64,000 bases of DNA from Eledone cirrhosa (lineage: Eukaryota). Shown here in pieces: positions 42,503 through 55,485 of this stretch. The notes below the pieces were generated by a model. The model was not told the origin of the DNA. It did no database searches and saw only the letters and a list, made by a program, of their open reading frames with translations. The stretch spans positions 139,128,001 to 139,192,000 of the forward strand of contig OZ024742.1 in assembly GCA_964016885.1 (NCBI GenBank). Direction: 5' to 3'. Both the position numbers and the translations under genes were made by a program. Each line of letters begins with the position of its first letter. Position 1 is the stretch's first letter.

Positions 42503-43500
42503 CAAGCTGAATTACCCGGCGTTGCCCGGGTTACTGATGTTCTTATTCAGATTAGTAAATAATAAATATGAAGATATGTTGTCTTCTCATAATTATTGCA
42601 AAATATCTATATTTGATAAAAGAAAATATGAAAATTTTAATGATAATAGAATTTAGAAATGAAAATCTGTCAATCTTGAAGCACCTTAGCGTAAACAATA
42701 TTCAGACACACGCATAGCTTTTCAACTCATTTTTTTACAGTCGCTACATATTTATATGTATGTGTAGATGTGTGTGTATTTAATAACGTACCTAATGAAC
42801 GCGCTCACACCCACTCACACACACATTCATATTTGTATAGAAAATATGACGTCGCTGTGTTGTTTTCTATTATTTTAATCCAAATGAAAATAAAAATTAT
42901 CACACATACACTCACACACAGATACCCTCACACATACACTTACACATACATACACTCTCACATACATTCACTCACACATACACTCACATACATATACACT
43001 CTCACATACACTCACGCACTCTCACATACAATCATATACATATACTAAGACAGACACACACAGACATACATTCACGCACACCTGTCTTTCATCACATATG
43101 TATCTGTATGTGTAGATGTGTGTGTTTGTGTGTGTGTGTGTTTAATTCGATGAGGCCAAACGTTAAAATAAAAATTATCACACATACACTCACACACACT
43201 CACACACACTTACACTCACACGCACATACACTCTCACATACATATACTAAGACAGACACACACAGACATACAATCACACACACCTATTACTTGTGTAGAT
43301 GTGTGTGTGTGTGTTTGTTTGAGTGTGAAGATAATGTGTTTGCAGCTTACTAAGGCTATATGTATGTGTAGATGCGTGAGTGTGTTTAATATTCTGAGGC
43401 CTAACGTACGCAACGAACTCGCAAACACACACACACGCATAGACACATACACACTCATATACAAAATGTGACGCACCGTCGTGGTGGTGGTGGTTCACTA
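42503..43500 (-). mobile_element. Probable non-autonomous Helitron (3' end at 42503)
   Basis: Reverse complement CCCGGGCAACGCCGGG hairpin followed 8 nt later by CTTG (a CTAG variant). The far boundary is uncertain. Confidence 0.45.
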
Positions 43501-43522
43501 TAGTTCACTATATATATCACTT

Positions 43523-43557
<35 letters not shown>

Positions 43558-43596
43558 TGTAAAGTGATAAATCATTTAATAATAAAACAAACGATA

Positions 43597-43775
43597 TGCA
43601 GTATCGGTAGAGAGTCGGACACCATTATTTGAAGCATAGAGTTACGTCCCTATATGATCTGAGATCAAATGCCGCTGAGGTTAACTTTGCCTTTCATCAT
43701 TACGGGGTCGATAAAATAAAGTACCAGTAATGTACGGGGTAATTGCTGGCCTTATGCTAAAAGTAGAAACAATGA
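43597..43775 (+). mobile_element. tRNA-derived SINE, 5'-clipped
   Basis: GCAGTATCGGTAGAGAGTCGGAC...GGGGTCGATAAAATAAAGTACCAG. Confidence 0.8.
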
Positions 43776-43816
43776 TTAACCTTATAATATATCTATATAT
43801 GTGTCTTTATTTACAA

Positions 43817-43840
43817 CGCCTGTTAAAGTTGGAAATCCAA
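43817..43840 (+). pseudogene. 24-nt micro-exon copy with a non-canonical acceptor (AA instead of AG); would encode xPVKVGNP
   Basis: tttatttacaa|CGCCTGTTAAAGTTGGAAATCCAA|gtaagtactcatg. Flanks are homologous to the intact micro-exons. Confidence 0.6.
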
Positions 43841-43984
43841 GTAAGTACTCATGAAACATTAATACAAATTTTAACCCATATAACTAATTTATTTTCTAAT
43901 AATATCAAGTAAGTTTGAATTCATTGATACATTAATATCTTTTATAAAGCAGAAAAGAATTACTTTAAAAAATCGACACCGAAG

Positions 43985-44465
43985 CTGACGATAACAGAAG
44001 CGAAATGCTTATGCTGGTCTTCTCTATGAGATTTACATAAACATGCCAGACTTGTTCTCCAATGTCCTCCAAGCTGTCTGCGGCAATTGGCAGTTAAACG
44101 GTAAAATTCCCTGTTCTGTGAGTCGAATTGTAGGAAAGCTGATAAAGACAAGAACAATGGGGATGTCACAGATAATTTCCAACCAATAAATGTGCTTAAC
44201 ACACAGGCCAATATTATGACAAGGTTGCTAGCAACGAGCTTGGCGTTAGATGTCGAGATTCTGTTACAGGAGGCGGAGACTCCACCTCATGCGATACATC
44301 ATAGAGTAAGGAGTAAATCTGGCTTCGGACGGGCTCTAAATAATTTAGATCAATCAAAATCTTTCGATATTGTCGAATATCGATACCTAGTGATTGATCT
44401 CATGGTAGTCGGCCTTTATCCCGTTTACAGAAGCTGTATTGCTGCAATGTCCAGCGACATCTGTA
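43985..44465 (+). mobile_element. Tx1-like RT remnant in the intron (also carried in the later duplicated units, e.g. 49375-49630, 57055-57790, 60465-61200)
   Basis: DNFQPINVLNT, LDQSKSFDIVEYRYL; later copies read ITEAEILEALSGC...SPGYGGLLY and LDQSKLFHIVQHRYL. Confidence 0.7.
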
Positions 44466-44904
44466 CGGAGTTTTTTCAGGTTATTGGGGTTATTTTTAGG
44501 CGTTACGTCAGACTGATTTCCTTGAAATTGTAACTATGTATTAGTCAGTCTCTTCTTCATACCGTGAGCAAAGAAAATCCAATTTTTGTATGGTCTAGGT
44601 GAAAAACTTCATATTTTTCAGCTTTTTAGGGCTTTTTTGAGGCGTTACGTCTAGCCGATTTTCCCGAAAGTTCAAGGCATACAAAAAAAATTCATTGTCT
44701 TGATCCCCTAGAGCCCGCATTAGGTGAAAGCCTGCATTTTTTCCTACTTCATCGAGGAAAATCTTAAAGATTATCCAGCCATCAGAGTATTCAGTTTATT
44801 TTCTTTACATATTGTCCAGGCATGCACTTTTTCCATGATTAGGTCTGTTGGCGGCCCGCGTTCCAAAATACCTTATCCCGTGCAACGCCGGGTACCACTG
44901 CTAG
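44465..44904 (+). mobile_element. Helitron-like insertion with a canonical 3' terminus
   Basis: CCCGTGCAACGCCGGG hairpin (44877-44892) followed by CTAG (44901-44904) and T. The 5' boundary is inferred from where the RT remnant breaks. Confidence 0.6.
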
Positions 44905-44914
44905 TTTTATATAC

Positions 44915-45647
44915 ATGTCCTCTGTTTCAGGTCGTCAAGCAATGAGCACAGAGCAACGAACAAACTTGAAGTTTATGGTACGGTTGGGGAAAGCTCCGCT
45001 GCAGCAAGTGTATGGAGTTAAGACGATGTCACGCTCACGTGTTTTTGAGTGGTGCAAGAGGTTTAAAGAAGGACGCGAGGACGTGGAAGATGACCCCAGG
45101 AGCAGAAGGCCCTCAACAACCAGGACTGAGGTCAAGGTTGAGCGCGTCAGGTAGATGGTACGTAGCGATCGTCGGCTAACTGTTCGACTGATGGCAAATG
45201 AGCTGGGCATGAATCGGGACAGTGTCTGGAAGATTCTCAATGGAGATTTGGACATGCGGAAAGTCTGCGCGAAGATGGTACCAAAACTGCTGAACGATGA
45301 CCAGAAGGGTCGACGCAAGCAAGTTTGCCAGGACATCCTCGAGCGTCCTGAAACCGAACCTGACTTGCTAGGGACAGTCATTACCGGTGATGAGTCATGA
45401 ATCTTCGAGTACGACCTGAAGGGGAAGCGTTTTGAAGACGTGGACGACATCAAAAAGGCGGTGACGACGGAACTGCGGAGGATCCCGGAAGAATCCTTCC
45501 AGGAGTGCATGCAAGCGTGGCAGAAAAGGATGGAAAAGTGCATTAGACTCCAGGGGAATTACTTTGAAGGAGAAAACTCTTAGTGTGAAGTTTGGGTTTG
45601 AAATAAATTTTTGTGACATCAGTCCTGGAACTTTTCTGACACACCTC

Positions 45648-45650
<3 letters not shown>
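44915..45650 (+). mobile_element. Internally deleted Tc1/mariner element, right TIR intact
   Basis: MSTEQRTNLKFMVRLGK...VFEWCKRFKEGREDVEDDPRSRRP, RKVCAKMVPKLL, VITGDES, then a jump to LKGKRFEDVD...KCIRLQGNYFEG. Ends ...CTTTTCTGACACACCTCG-TA. Confidence 0.9.
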
Positions 45651-45719
<69 letters not shown>

Positions 45720-45722
<3 letters not shown>

Positions 45723-47700
45723 GTGCGGAAGCAAGTGAGACCCGGGTGCCGAGAAGAATGAACAAAAGGAAGCACATCAGCTCTGCAGACCCAAAAGTGT
45801 GTGCAGCCAGAGAACACCTGAAAGCTGCCAAGGACCAATTCTATGCTGATCCTACGGAGGAGAGGATGGAGACTGTGGAGGTGATGAGGGAAGAACTCTG
45901 TACCGCTTACACTGAGGCCAGAGAGGAGGCACTGATAGAGAAAGTCAGAAGTGTGGAGAGAGCGGTTGACAGATCTGGATGTAAGGAGAGCTGGGTGATC
46001 ATGAACAAGATCACAAGGGGGAAGAGAAGATGTTCGAGTCAGATCCAGGGAACCGGGCCCGAGGATAGAAAGAGGAAATGGCTAGACCATTTTAGGACCC
46101 TACTAGGAGAGCCACCATCCACAGCCCAGAGCACTGGGGAGATCAGGCGGCTGTTTGAAGAACTGGAAATTGATACAGAGCCCTTTACGAGAGAGGAGCT
46201 TCAGAGAGCCAAGAAGAAGATCAAGGAGGGAAAGGCTCATGGAGAAGATGGAGTGGCATCAGAGGTGATGAAGAGGTGTGATTTTGATGATATCATCCTG
46301 GGGTTCTGTAACCAGGCACTGGATAAAGGAGTTGCCCGAATCAATGGAGGATCAGTAACATCGTCCCAGTGCCAAAGAAGGGAGATCTCTCTAACACCAA
46401 AAACTACAGGGGGGGGGGTCTCACTGACGTCACATATGGCAAAGACCCTCAACAGGATGATTCTTAACAGGATCCAGCCTGAGATGGAGAAGAAGCTCAG
46501 GGACAACCAGAACGGATTCAGAGAGGGAAGATCAACCACCAGTCACATCCTGATGCTGAGGAGGATATTAGAGGGAGGTAGAGCAAAGTGCCTTCCTGCG
46601 GTCATGGTTTTCATTGACTTTAGGAAGGCCTTTGATTCTGTGGACCGTCACTGCCTGATGAAGATCCTACAGGCTTATGGAATCCCCAAGAATATAGTGG
46701 ACCTGATATCACTGCTCTACACCAACACCAAAGCCCAAGTCATTACACCTGATGGGATGACAGAGTTCTTTGAGATACTGGCTGGAGTGCTCCAGGGAGA
46801 TACATTGGCTCCCTACCTTTTTATCATCGTAGTGGACTATTGTATGTGCCTTGCACTGGAGAAACAGCAGGACTCTGGCTTTACTGTAGCACCGGCTCAG
46901 AGCAGGAGAGTTAAGGCGAAAAAGATATCGGATGCTGAATTTGCCGACGACATAGTTTTGGTGACAAATACAGTGAAGGAGGCAGAGGATTTGATGCAGG
47001 AGGTTGAGACTGTGTCGATGAGTGTGGGGCTGAGAATGAATGAAACTAAAACAAAATATCTGGTGGACAATGTTGAGAAGCCAGAGGGGATCACTAATGT
47101 AGGGGGGAAGCCGCTGGAATTGGTTGAGGACTTCCTGTATTTGGGAGCAAAGATTTGGAATACGGAAGATCATGTGGTTGAGAGGATGAGCAAACCCTAG
47201 GCGGCTTGCCACAGCTTGAGATCGGTGTGGAAGTCGGACCACGTAAAGACCTGAAAATCCGCCTCTTCATTGCTGTAGTGGAGTATGTGCTGCTGTACGG
47301 GTCTGAGACTTGGACACTGACACAGAAACTCACTCAGATGGTGGATGGGTGCTACACGAGAATGCTCAGGATGGCTCTGAACATTGATCAGTATACACTG
47401 AGGATTAAAAACTCATAGCCGTATGGGAGCCTCCCAAAAGTCAGCTCAAAAGTGACACAGAGGAGATTGAGATTAGCTGGATGTGCTCACTGACATCTGG
47501 AGTTAACATTGCACTCAGGGCTCCTGTGGGAGCCCCTATATCGACACACTTGAAGGGGAAGACCAAGGTTAACGTATGTTGATGCCCTAAGGACAGACAC
47601 TGGTCTGTTGGAGACGCAGGACATAGCAGCGATGATAAGGGACAGAGACCGTTGGAGAGAACTCGTCCATGGATCTCGGAAATTTTACCCGCCCTAGAGA
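45720..47700 (+). mobile_element. 5'-truncated RTE-group LINE (RT ORF 45746-47200) inserted in a (TA)n tract
   Basis: NQNGFREGRST, VFIDFRKAFDSV, GVLQGDTLAPYLF, EFADD, VEDFLYLG and LLYGSETWTLT. Confidence 0.9.
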
Positions 47701-48631
47701 ATATATATATATATATTGTCAAAGACCGAAACAAAAACAAGGACTGCAGTACGAACAGTGTTGGTATTAGGGTCACGCTTGAGGGTTGGGTGATATGTAT
47801 GTATGGATGTATATATATGATATTAAATAACAGTAAGTGTAAGTAGAATTCTAAAGTGTATATTTTACACACTATATATATATTTCTCAGTTTTCTCAAA
47901 TGTCGCACGATAGTAAGTCTGTCGAGTGAGTAAAGCAGTCATCGTTCACTTTTAATTACGTTCTGGAGACTAAAATATATATAATTACTTATAGGGAGAT
48001 TTTTTCCTTGAGTAGGTAAGGCGTTACAACGAAATATAAGGCCATATAATGTACCTTTGAATATATTTATTCATTAATATCGTTTATAAAAAAGAAAAAA
48101 ATTGCTTAATTAAATGTCGTATATATATGCTGTAAATTGATATATCATTTAATAATAAAACTGACGATATTAGTTCTAAAATTATATTAATGACATCATC
48201 TGTATTAGATAGCAAATGTATATATAAGCTAGGACTTCTATTAAACTATACATGTTTCTGTAATATATTTTTTATAAATGAAAGCAATTCTATTTCCGAT
48301 AAAATATCAGTCGATCTGTCTTATTTGAATTTTTTTAATACTTAATGTTAAGAATTATCGAAACTTTCAATATTATATATTGAACTGGTGTAGGAAATAA
48401 AGAAAATTATATAGTATATATATATATAAATAGATGAATGATCCGAAAGACAAGAATAAATTGCTAATTATTAACATTATGATATATATGTGTGTCTCAT
48501 TTAATCATAAGACTGACGTTATTCGTTCTAAAATTATATTAATTACATCATCTATATTAGATAGCAAATGTATAAAAGCTAGGACTTCCATTAAACTATA
48601 CATGTTAGTGTAATATATTATTTATAAATGA

Positions 48632-49085
48632 AGGCGGTGGATTGGCTGCATCGGTAGAGGGTCGGACGCCGTGCTTTGAAGCATAGAGTTACGGCCCTTG
48701 CCATTTTGAGTTCAAACCCCACCTAGGTTAACTTTGCCTTTCAACCTTACGGGCTCGATAAAATGAAGTACCAGTAATGTAGTTGATAATTGCTGGCCTT
48801 GTACCAAGAGTAGAAACAATTATTTATAAATGAAAGCAATGCTATTTCTGATACAATATCAGTCGATCTGTCTTATTTGAATTTCTTTAGTCCATAATTT
48901 TTTCTACTTTTTGCACAAGGCCAGCAATTACCCAGTGCATTGCTGGTACTTTATTTTGTCGACCCCTAAGGATGAAAGGCAAAGTTAACCTCGGCGGGAT
49001 TTGAACTCAGAATGGCAAGGGCCGTAACTCTATTCATCAAAGCATGGCGTCCAACCCTCTACGGATACTGCCAATCCACCGCCAT
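48632..49085. mobile_element. Two tRNA-derived SINEs in inverted (tail-to-tail) orientation
   Basis: A + copy at 48632-48822 and a - copy at 48895-49085. The - copy recurs at 56575-56762. Confidence 0.85.
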
Positions 49086-49210
49086 TTCTTTAGTACTTAA
49101 TGTTAAGAATTATCGTAACTCTCAATAATGTATATTGAACTGGTATTATAGAAAATAAACAAAATAATTTTTAATCATTACCATAATAAGATATATCTCT
49201 GTATTTACAG

Positions 49211-49234
49211 CTGCTGTTGGCGTTAAAAGTACAG
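49211..49234 (+). CDS. 24-nt phase-1 micro-exon (xAVGVKST)
   Basis: tctctgtatttacag|CTGCTGTTGGCGTTAAAAGTACAG|gtaagt. Confidence 0.8.
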
Positions 49235-49712
49235 GTAAGTAATCATTATATAACAATACACATATTTTGTCCATATGAATTATTTTACAAGGATAGCAAG
49301 CAAATTTATATTCGTTGGTCGATTACAATCTTTGAAAAATCAAATAAGGATTGCTTTATAAAATGTATAATGAAGCTAATGATAACAGAAGCTGAAATAC
49401 TTGAAGCCCTCAGCGGCTGTACGATGAACATATCACTCGGCTACGGTGGTCTCCTCTATGCGGTTTACATAGACATGTTAGATATGTTTTGCAATGATTA
49501 TGATAGTCTTCTCTATGAGTCAAACATAGACATGCTAGACTTGTTCTCCAAACTCCTTCAACCTGCCTGCAGCACAAAGCATTAATACCGGGAATTTCTC
49601 TGTTCTGTAATTCGGGGCGTAGTAAAGGTGATATATATTAATAAATGATCTAAAAGATATTATTTAATTTTTCATTATCACCGTAATGATATATATTTAT
49701 CTGTATTTACAT

Positions 49713-49730
49713 CGGCTGTTTCTACTAAAC
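49713..49730 (+). pseudogene. 18-nt micro-exon copy, both splice sites non-canonical (xAVSTK)
   Basis: ctgtatttacat|CGGCTGTTTCTACTAAAC|ataagtactcatg. Confidence 0.55.
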
Positions 49731-51016
49731 ATAAGTACTCATGATATAATAATATCTATTTTTGTCCATAAAGATAAATTATGTTTGTTACAAGCATAGC
49801 AGGTAAATTTACAGTCATTGATTTGTTACTATCTTTGATAAATCAGAAAAGAAATGTTTTATAAAATGTTTAATGAAACTTACTATAACAGAAACTGAAA
49901 TATTTGCACACCTGGCCGGTTGATCAAGCGGCAAATCACCCGGTTACGATGGCCTCCTTTCTGAGGTTTACATAGACAAGCTAAACTTATTCTCCGATGG
50001 TTATGATGGTCTCCTCTATGAGGTTTAAACAGACATGCTTAATTTGTTCTGGGCTTAATCCAGAGAAGTCAGTATGTCTCCAGCTCACTGCTTGAGTGTC
50101 AAATCCATGCAGTTCAACTGCTTTGACAAACACTGGACGGACGGGACAATGACATTTGTTTGGGTCGTCTGGTTTTGTCTACACCTCCAGGTGGTTAAGG
50201 ACTGGGATGAGGTAGCATGGACATACACTTACATACACACAAAGGCATTGCTTTGATATGCACCCTTGTTTCCTGCTATTAATGTTGTCTGTCACTCTTT
50301 TAAGTTGTGAAATAGACTGGTTAGCTACGCACGCAGCTGACACATTTCAGCTCGCTTCTGTATTGCTATATAATGGTTGATCGCATTTAAAGTCCGTTAA
50401 AGGTTCTTGGCACTACCATTGTTACCATCGCTTTCCTCTAGCCTTGGAGACATAAACCGAATGCTACCATTCTATTTTATATCAATGTGAACTGCTATTT
50501 CTAAAGACCATCTTCTCACCCCTTGATAATTTGTGTGTGCGACACGTTGGCTGGGTTCTTCTGACAGGAAAGAAAAGATTGATTCTGTTTAGCTTCCTGT
50601 CCCCACGTAAAATGTGTAAATCAGTGGCTAGTTGAGAGATAGAGTCCTATCGGTTGCCAGTTGCTAATAGCTTTACCGCGTCAGTCGTCACAAACAGTCA
50701 TGGCCGGCATAGACTGGTCTTAGGATTCTGACGATCTATTGGTTATTGATTAGGCGATACCCGCTGATCAAGCTGCATAAGCCGATTGTGCATTGTTGCA
50801 TAATATATGCAGACAGATGGTGCAGTGCACCTTACTGCTGCCGTAGTGCGGCAGAAACTCGAGTCCGGGTACCTTATAGGCACATGTTTTAAGTGCGTTG
50901 TGTTGAAGCAAATAACTTTGTGTATACTCTGGGAATGTATCTTACATTGCCCATGGAGTGCGCTGAGATACAACCGGTACTGGCATTGATAAATATGCTG
51001 GGTCCGTCAACCCTTG

Positions 51017-51057
<41 letters not shown>

Positions 51058-51064
<7 letters not shown>

Positions 51065-51187
51065 TAAAATAACAGATTAAAGTTTAAGCAAAGAATCGCT
51101 GGTTTCACCCTTAACGGGATCTTCTGAAACTTAAGGGTGAAAGCAGCGATTCTTTGCTTAAACTTTAATCTGTTATTTTAATAAATA
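51058..51187. repeat. Near-perfect hairpin (~57-bp arms) of a pLTR-like repeat inserted in (TA)n
   Basis: 51058-51114 vs 51131-51187, one mismatch. The sequence is homologous to ~17970-18040. Confidence 0.85.
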
Positions 51188-51286
51188 TTTGCTCTACGGT
51201 TCTTATATATTTGATATATATTTATCCTTATCGAGCCCTCTTTGGATTTTAGTCTTCAAGTTTATTATTATTACTATATATATATA

Positions 51287-51347
<61 letters not shown>

Positions 51348-51354
<7 letters not shown>

Positions 51355-51447
51355 AATACTTTGGGAGGGTCATGTTGCCAATAAGAAACACACGCACGCG
51401 CGTGTGTTTCTTATTGGCAACATGACCCTCCCAAAATATTACAATAT
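51348..51447. repeat. Near-perfect palindrome (~48-bp arms)
   Basis: ATATTGTAATACTTTGGGAGGGTCATGTTGCCAATAAGAAACACACGC ... GCGTGTGTTTCTTATTGGCAACATGACCCTCCCAAAATATTACAATAT. Confidence 0.9.
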
Positions 51448-51492
51448 CGGTTTCAACACACGTTTTCAGAATCTTGCTAAACAAATTCAGCA

Positions 51493-51592
<100 letters not shown>

Positions 51593-51605
51593 ATGTATGT
51601 ATGTA

Positions 51606-52085
51606 ATTCGTCGACGACTAAAGCTGCAACCCCACCAAGTTTACTTGGTGAGGAGGGTGATTTTGGATACCCTGCAGGACAAAAAACAAAACCTAGCAAA
51701 GGGCGGAAGAACCCTTAAGAGTCAACAGCCATCCAAAAATGTGTAAATATGTCTATACATATATATGTATATGTAAATCTGTATATGCATGTGTGCATGT
51801 ATATGTATATGTGTGGGGACATAGAAATTGTCGGGCTGGATACGATATCGCGCGGTTAAACCCCTGGGAGTGAAGGACCACTAGTCTTTGTCACGGCATT
51901 CTTCTACGAAAAGGCAACTCAGGAAACTGGGATAACTCCGACATAAAACCTGCGGCTCAGTAGTTGCCGATGATGTTGATCTTTTCTTCTTTTCGGGTTA
52001 TAGCTACTGTCACTCAGAGAATGGGATTGGCTCAGTGCACAGTATTTCCTCACTTTAAAAAACATCTTCACGCACACGCATTGCA
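51606..52085 (+). mobile_element. Non-coding interspersed repeat, possibly RTE 5'-UTR related (duplicated at 55486-55965; related piece at ~36500-36570 on -)
   Basis: Two near-identical copies with the shared motif TTGGTGAGGA.GGTG...ACCCT..AGGA. The family assignment is inference. Confidence 0.45.
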
Positions 52086-52805
52086 CAATGGTATTAATTA
52101 ATAATTATTAATAATGTTATATCGTGCAATGGCCATACTTGATAACAAGGGAGCAGCCATCATGTATGTATATGATATTAAATAACAGTAAGTATAAGTA
52201 GAATTTTTAGACGTATACTTTACACACTATATATATATTTCTCAGTTTTCTAAAATGTCGCACAATAGTAAGTCTGTCGAGTGAGTAAAGTAGTCATTGT
52301 TGATTTCTAATCACGTTCTGGAGACTAAAATATATATAATGACTTAGGGAGATAATTTTCTTGAGTAGGTAAGGCGTTATAACGAAATATAAGGCCATAT
52401 AATGTACCTTCGAATATATTCATTCATTAATATCGTTTATAAAACAGAAAAGAATTGCCTAATTAAATGTTGTATATTATATATGCTGTAAATTGATATA
52501 TCATTTAATAATAAGACTGACGATATTAGTTCTTAAACTATATACAAGGACGATGGGCATGTCAGATAATTTCCAGCCAATAAATGTGCTTAACACACAG
52601 TTCAATATTATGACATGATTACTAGCAACGAGCTTGGCGTTAGATGTCGAGATTCTGTTAGAGGAGGCGGAGACTCCACCTCATGCGATACTTAATGTTA
52701 AGAATTATCGTAACTCTCAATAATGTATATTGAACTGGTATTATAGAAAATAAACAAAATAATTTTTAATCATTATCATAATAAGATATATCTCTGTATT
52801 TACAG

Positions 52806-52829
52806 CTGCTGTTCCCTCTAAAAGTACAG
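52806..52829 (+). CDS. 24-nt phase-1 micro-exon (xAVPSKST)
   Basis: tctctgtatttacag|CTGCTGTTCCCTCTAAAAGTACAG|gtaagt. Confidence 0.8.
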
Positions 52830-53307
52830 GTAAGTAATCATTATATAACAATACACATATTTTGTCCATATCAATTATTTTACAAGGATAGCAAGCAAAT
52901 TTATATTTATTGGTCGATTACAATCTTTGAAAAATCAAATAAGGATTGCTTTATAAAATGTATAATGAAGCTAATGATAACAGAAGCTGAAATACTTGAA
53001 GCCCTCAGCGGCTGTACGATGAACATGTCACCCGGCTACGGTGGTCTCCTCTATGCGGTTTACATAGACATGTTAGATATGTTTTGCAATGATTATGATA
53101 GTCTTCTCTATGAGTCTAACATAGACATGCTAGACTTGTTCTTGACACTCCTTCAACCTGCCTGCAGCACAAAGCATTAATACAGGGAAATTCTCTGTTC
53201 TGTAATTCGGGGCGTAGTAAAGGTGATATATATTAATAAATGATCTAAAAGATATTATTTAATTTTTCATTATCACCGTAATGATATATATTTATCTGTA
53301 TTTACAG

Positions 53308-53325
53308 CGACTACTTCTACTAAAC
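53308..53325 (+). pseudogene. 18-nt micro-exon copy with intact AG but an AT donor (xTTSTK)
   Basis: ctgtatttacag|CGACTACTTCTACTAAAC|ataagtactcatg. Confidence 0.55.
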
Positions 53326-54611
53326 ATAAGTACTCATGATATAATAATATTTATTTTTGTCCATAAAGATAAATTATGTTTGTTACAAGCATAGCAGGTA
53401 AATTTACAGTCATTGATTTGTTACTATCTTTGATAAATCAGAAAAGAATTGTTTTATAAAATGTTTAATGAAACTTACTATAACAGAAACTGAAATATTT
53501 GCACACCTGGCCGGTTGATCAAGTGGCAAATCACCCGGTTACGATGGCCTCCTTTCTGAGGTTTACATAGACAAGCTAAACTTATTCTCCGATGGTTATG
53601 ATGGTCTCCTCTATGAGGTTTAAACAGACATGCTTGATTTGTTCTGGGCATAATCCAGAGAAGTCAGTATGTCTCCAGCTCACTGCTTGAGTGTCAAATC
53701 CATGCAGTTCAACTGCTTTGACAAACACTGGACGGACGGGACAATGACATTTGTTTGGGTCATCTGGTTTTGTCTACACCTCCAGGTGGTTAAGGACTTG
53801 GATGAGGTAGCATGGACATACACATACATACACACAAAGGCATTATTTTGATATGCACTCTTTTTTCCTGCTATTAATTTTGTCTCTCACTCTTTTAAGT
53901 TGTGAAATAGACTGGTTAGCTACGCACGTGGCTGACACATTTCAGCTCGCTACTGTATTGCTATATAATGGATGATCGCATTTAAAGTCCGTTAAAGGTT
54001 CTTGGCACTACCATTGTTACCATCGCTTTCCTCTAGCCTTGGAGACATGAACCGAATGCTACCATTCTATTTTATATCAATGTGAACTGCTATTTCTAAA
54101 GACCATCTTCTCACCCCTTGATAATTTGTGTGTGCGACACGTTGGCTGGGTTCTTCTGACAGGAAAGAAAAGATTGATTCTGTTTAGCTTCCTGTCCCCA
54201 CGTAAAATGTGTAAATCAGTGGCTAGTTGAGAGATAGAGTCCTATCGGTTGCCAGTTGCTAATAGCTTTACCGCGTCAGTCGTCACAAACAGTCATGGCC
54301 GGCATAGACTGGTCTTAGGATTCTGACGATCTATTGGTTATTGATTAGGCGATACCCGCTGATCAAGCTGCATAAGCCGATTGTGCATTGTTGCATAATA
54401 TATGCAGACAGATGGTGCAGTGCACCTTACTGCTGCTGTAGTGCGGCAGAAACTCGAGTCCGGGTACCTTATAGGCACATGTTTTAAGTGCGTTGTGTTG
54501 AAGCAAATAACTTTGTGTATTCTCTGGGAATGTATCTTACATTGCCCATGGAGTGCGCTGAGATACAACCGGTACTGGCATTGATAAATATGCTGGGTCC
54601 GTCAACCCTTG

Positions 54612-54645
<34 letters not shown>

Positions 54646-55291
54646 GAAAGGTATAGAAAACACTGCAGCGAAAAGCGAACAGCATTCCATAATATATAAG
54701 TGACTATAGCGTCAAAATGGGAAAATAGTTAACGTAAGATGTGGGAAAAATAATTCAAACTCATCTCAAAGAGAATCGGGATATGAATTCATCCACAGAA
54801 TTTAGTGAAATCCAGGGAAAAATCAATAGAACCTTCATTCATGATAAAATAAAGTCTAAAATACTTATCCTTCAATTTGGAAAAACTTCAAATGCTCTGT
54901 ATAGTCTTAAAGACTATTTCATGAAAACTTTCAGTGGAGATGGTCACGGTTGGAGTTCACCATCAGCAGAGCTCAACTCGATAACCAGGACTCTCACAGA
55001 TTAATATGCCAAAAAGGGAATTTTAAAGCTGGCCTGTTCAACATCATGCGTGATTATGAAAAAAGCACATGAGGAAATACATGGCTATTGACGTCAGAAT
55101 GAGACGAATGTTTGTTTACAAGAAACAGCAGTCAAAAACATTCCGAAAAAAACTCTACAATAAGGAGTTCAGCAAAAAGCAATATTATCGCAGTTTTTTA
55201 TTAAAAAAACCGGGATTAGTCACAAATAATGTAAGCACTCGAGGTAAAAACCCAAGTGTAAATACACACACATACACACACGCACACACAC

Positions 55292-55485
<194 letters not shown>

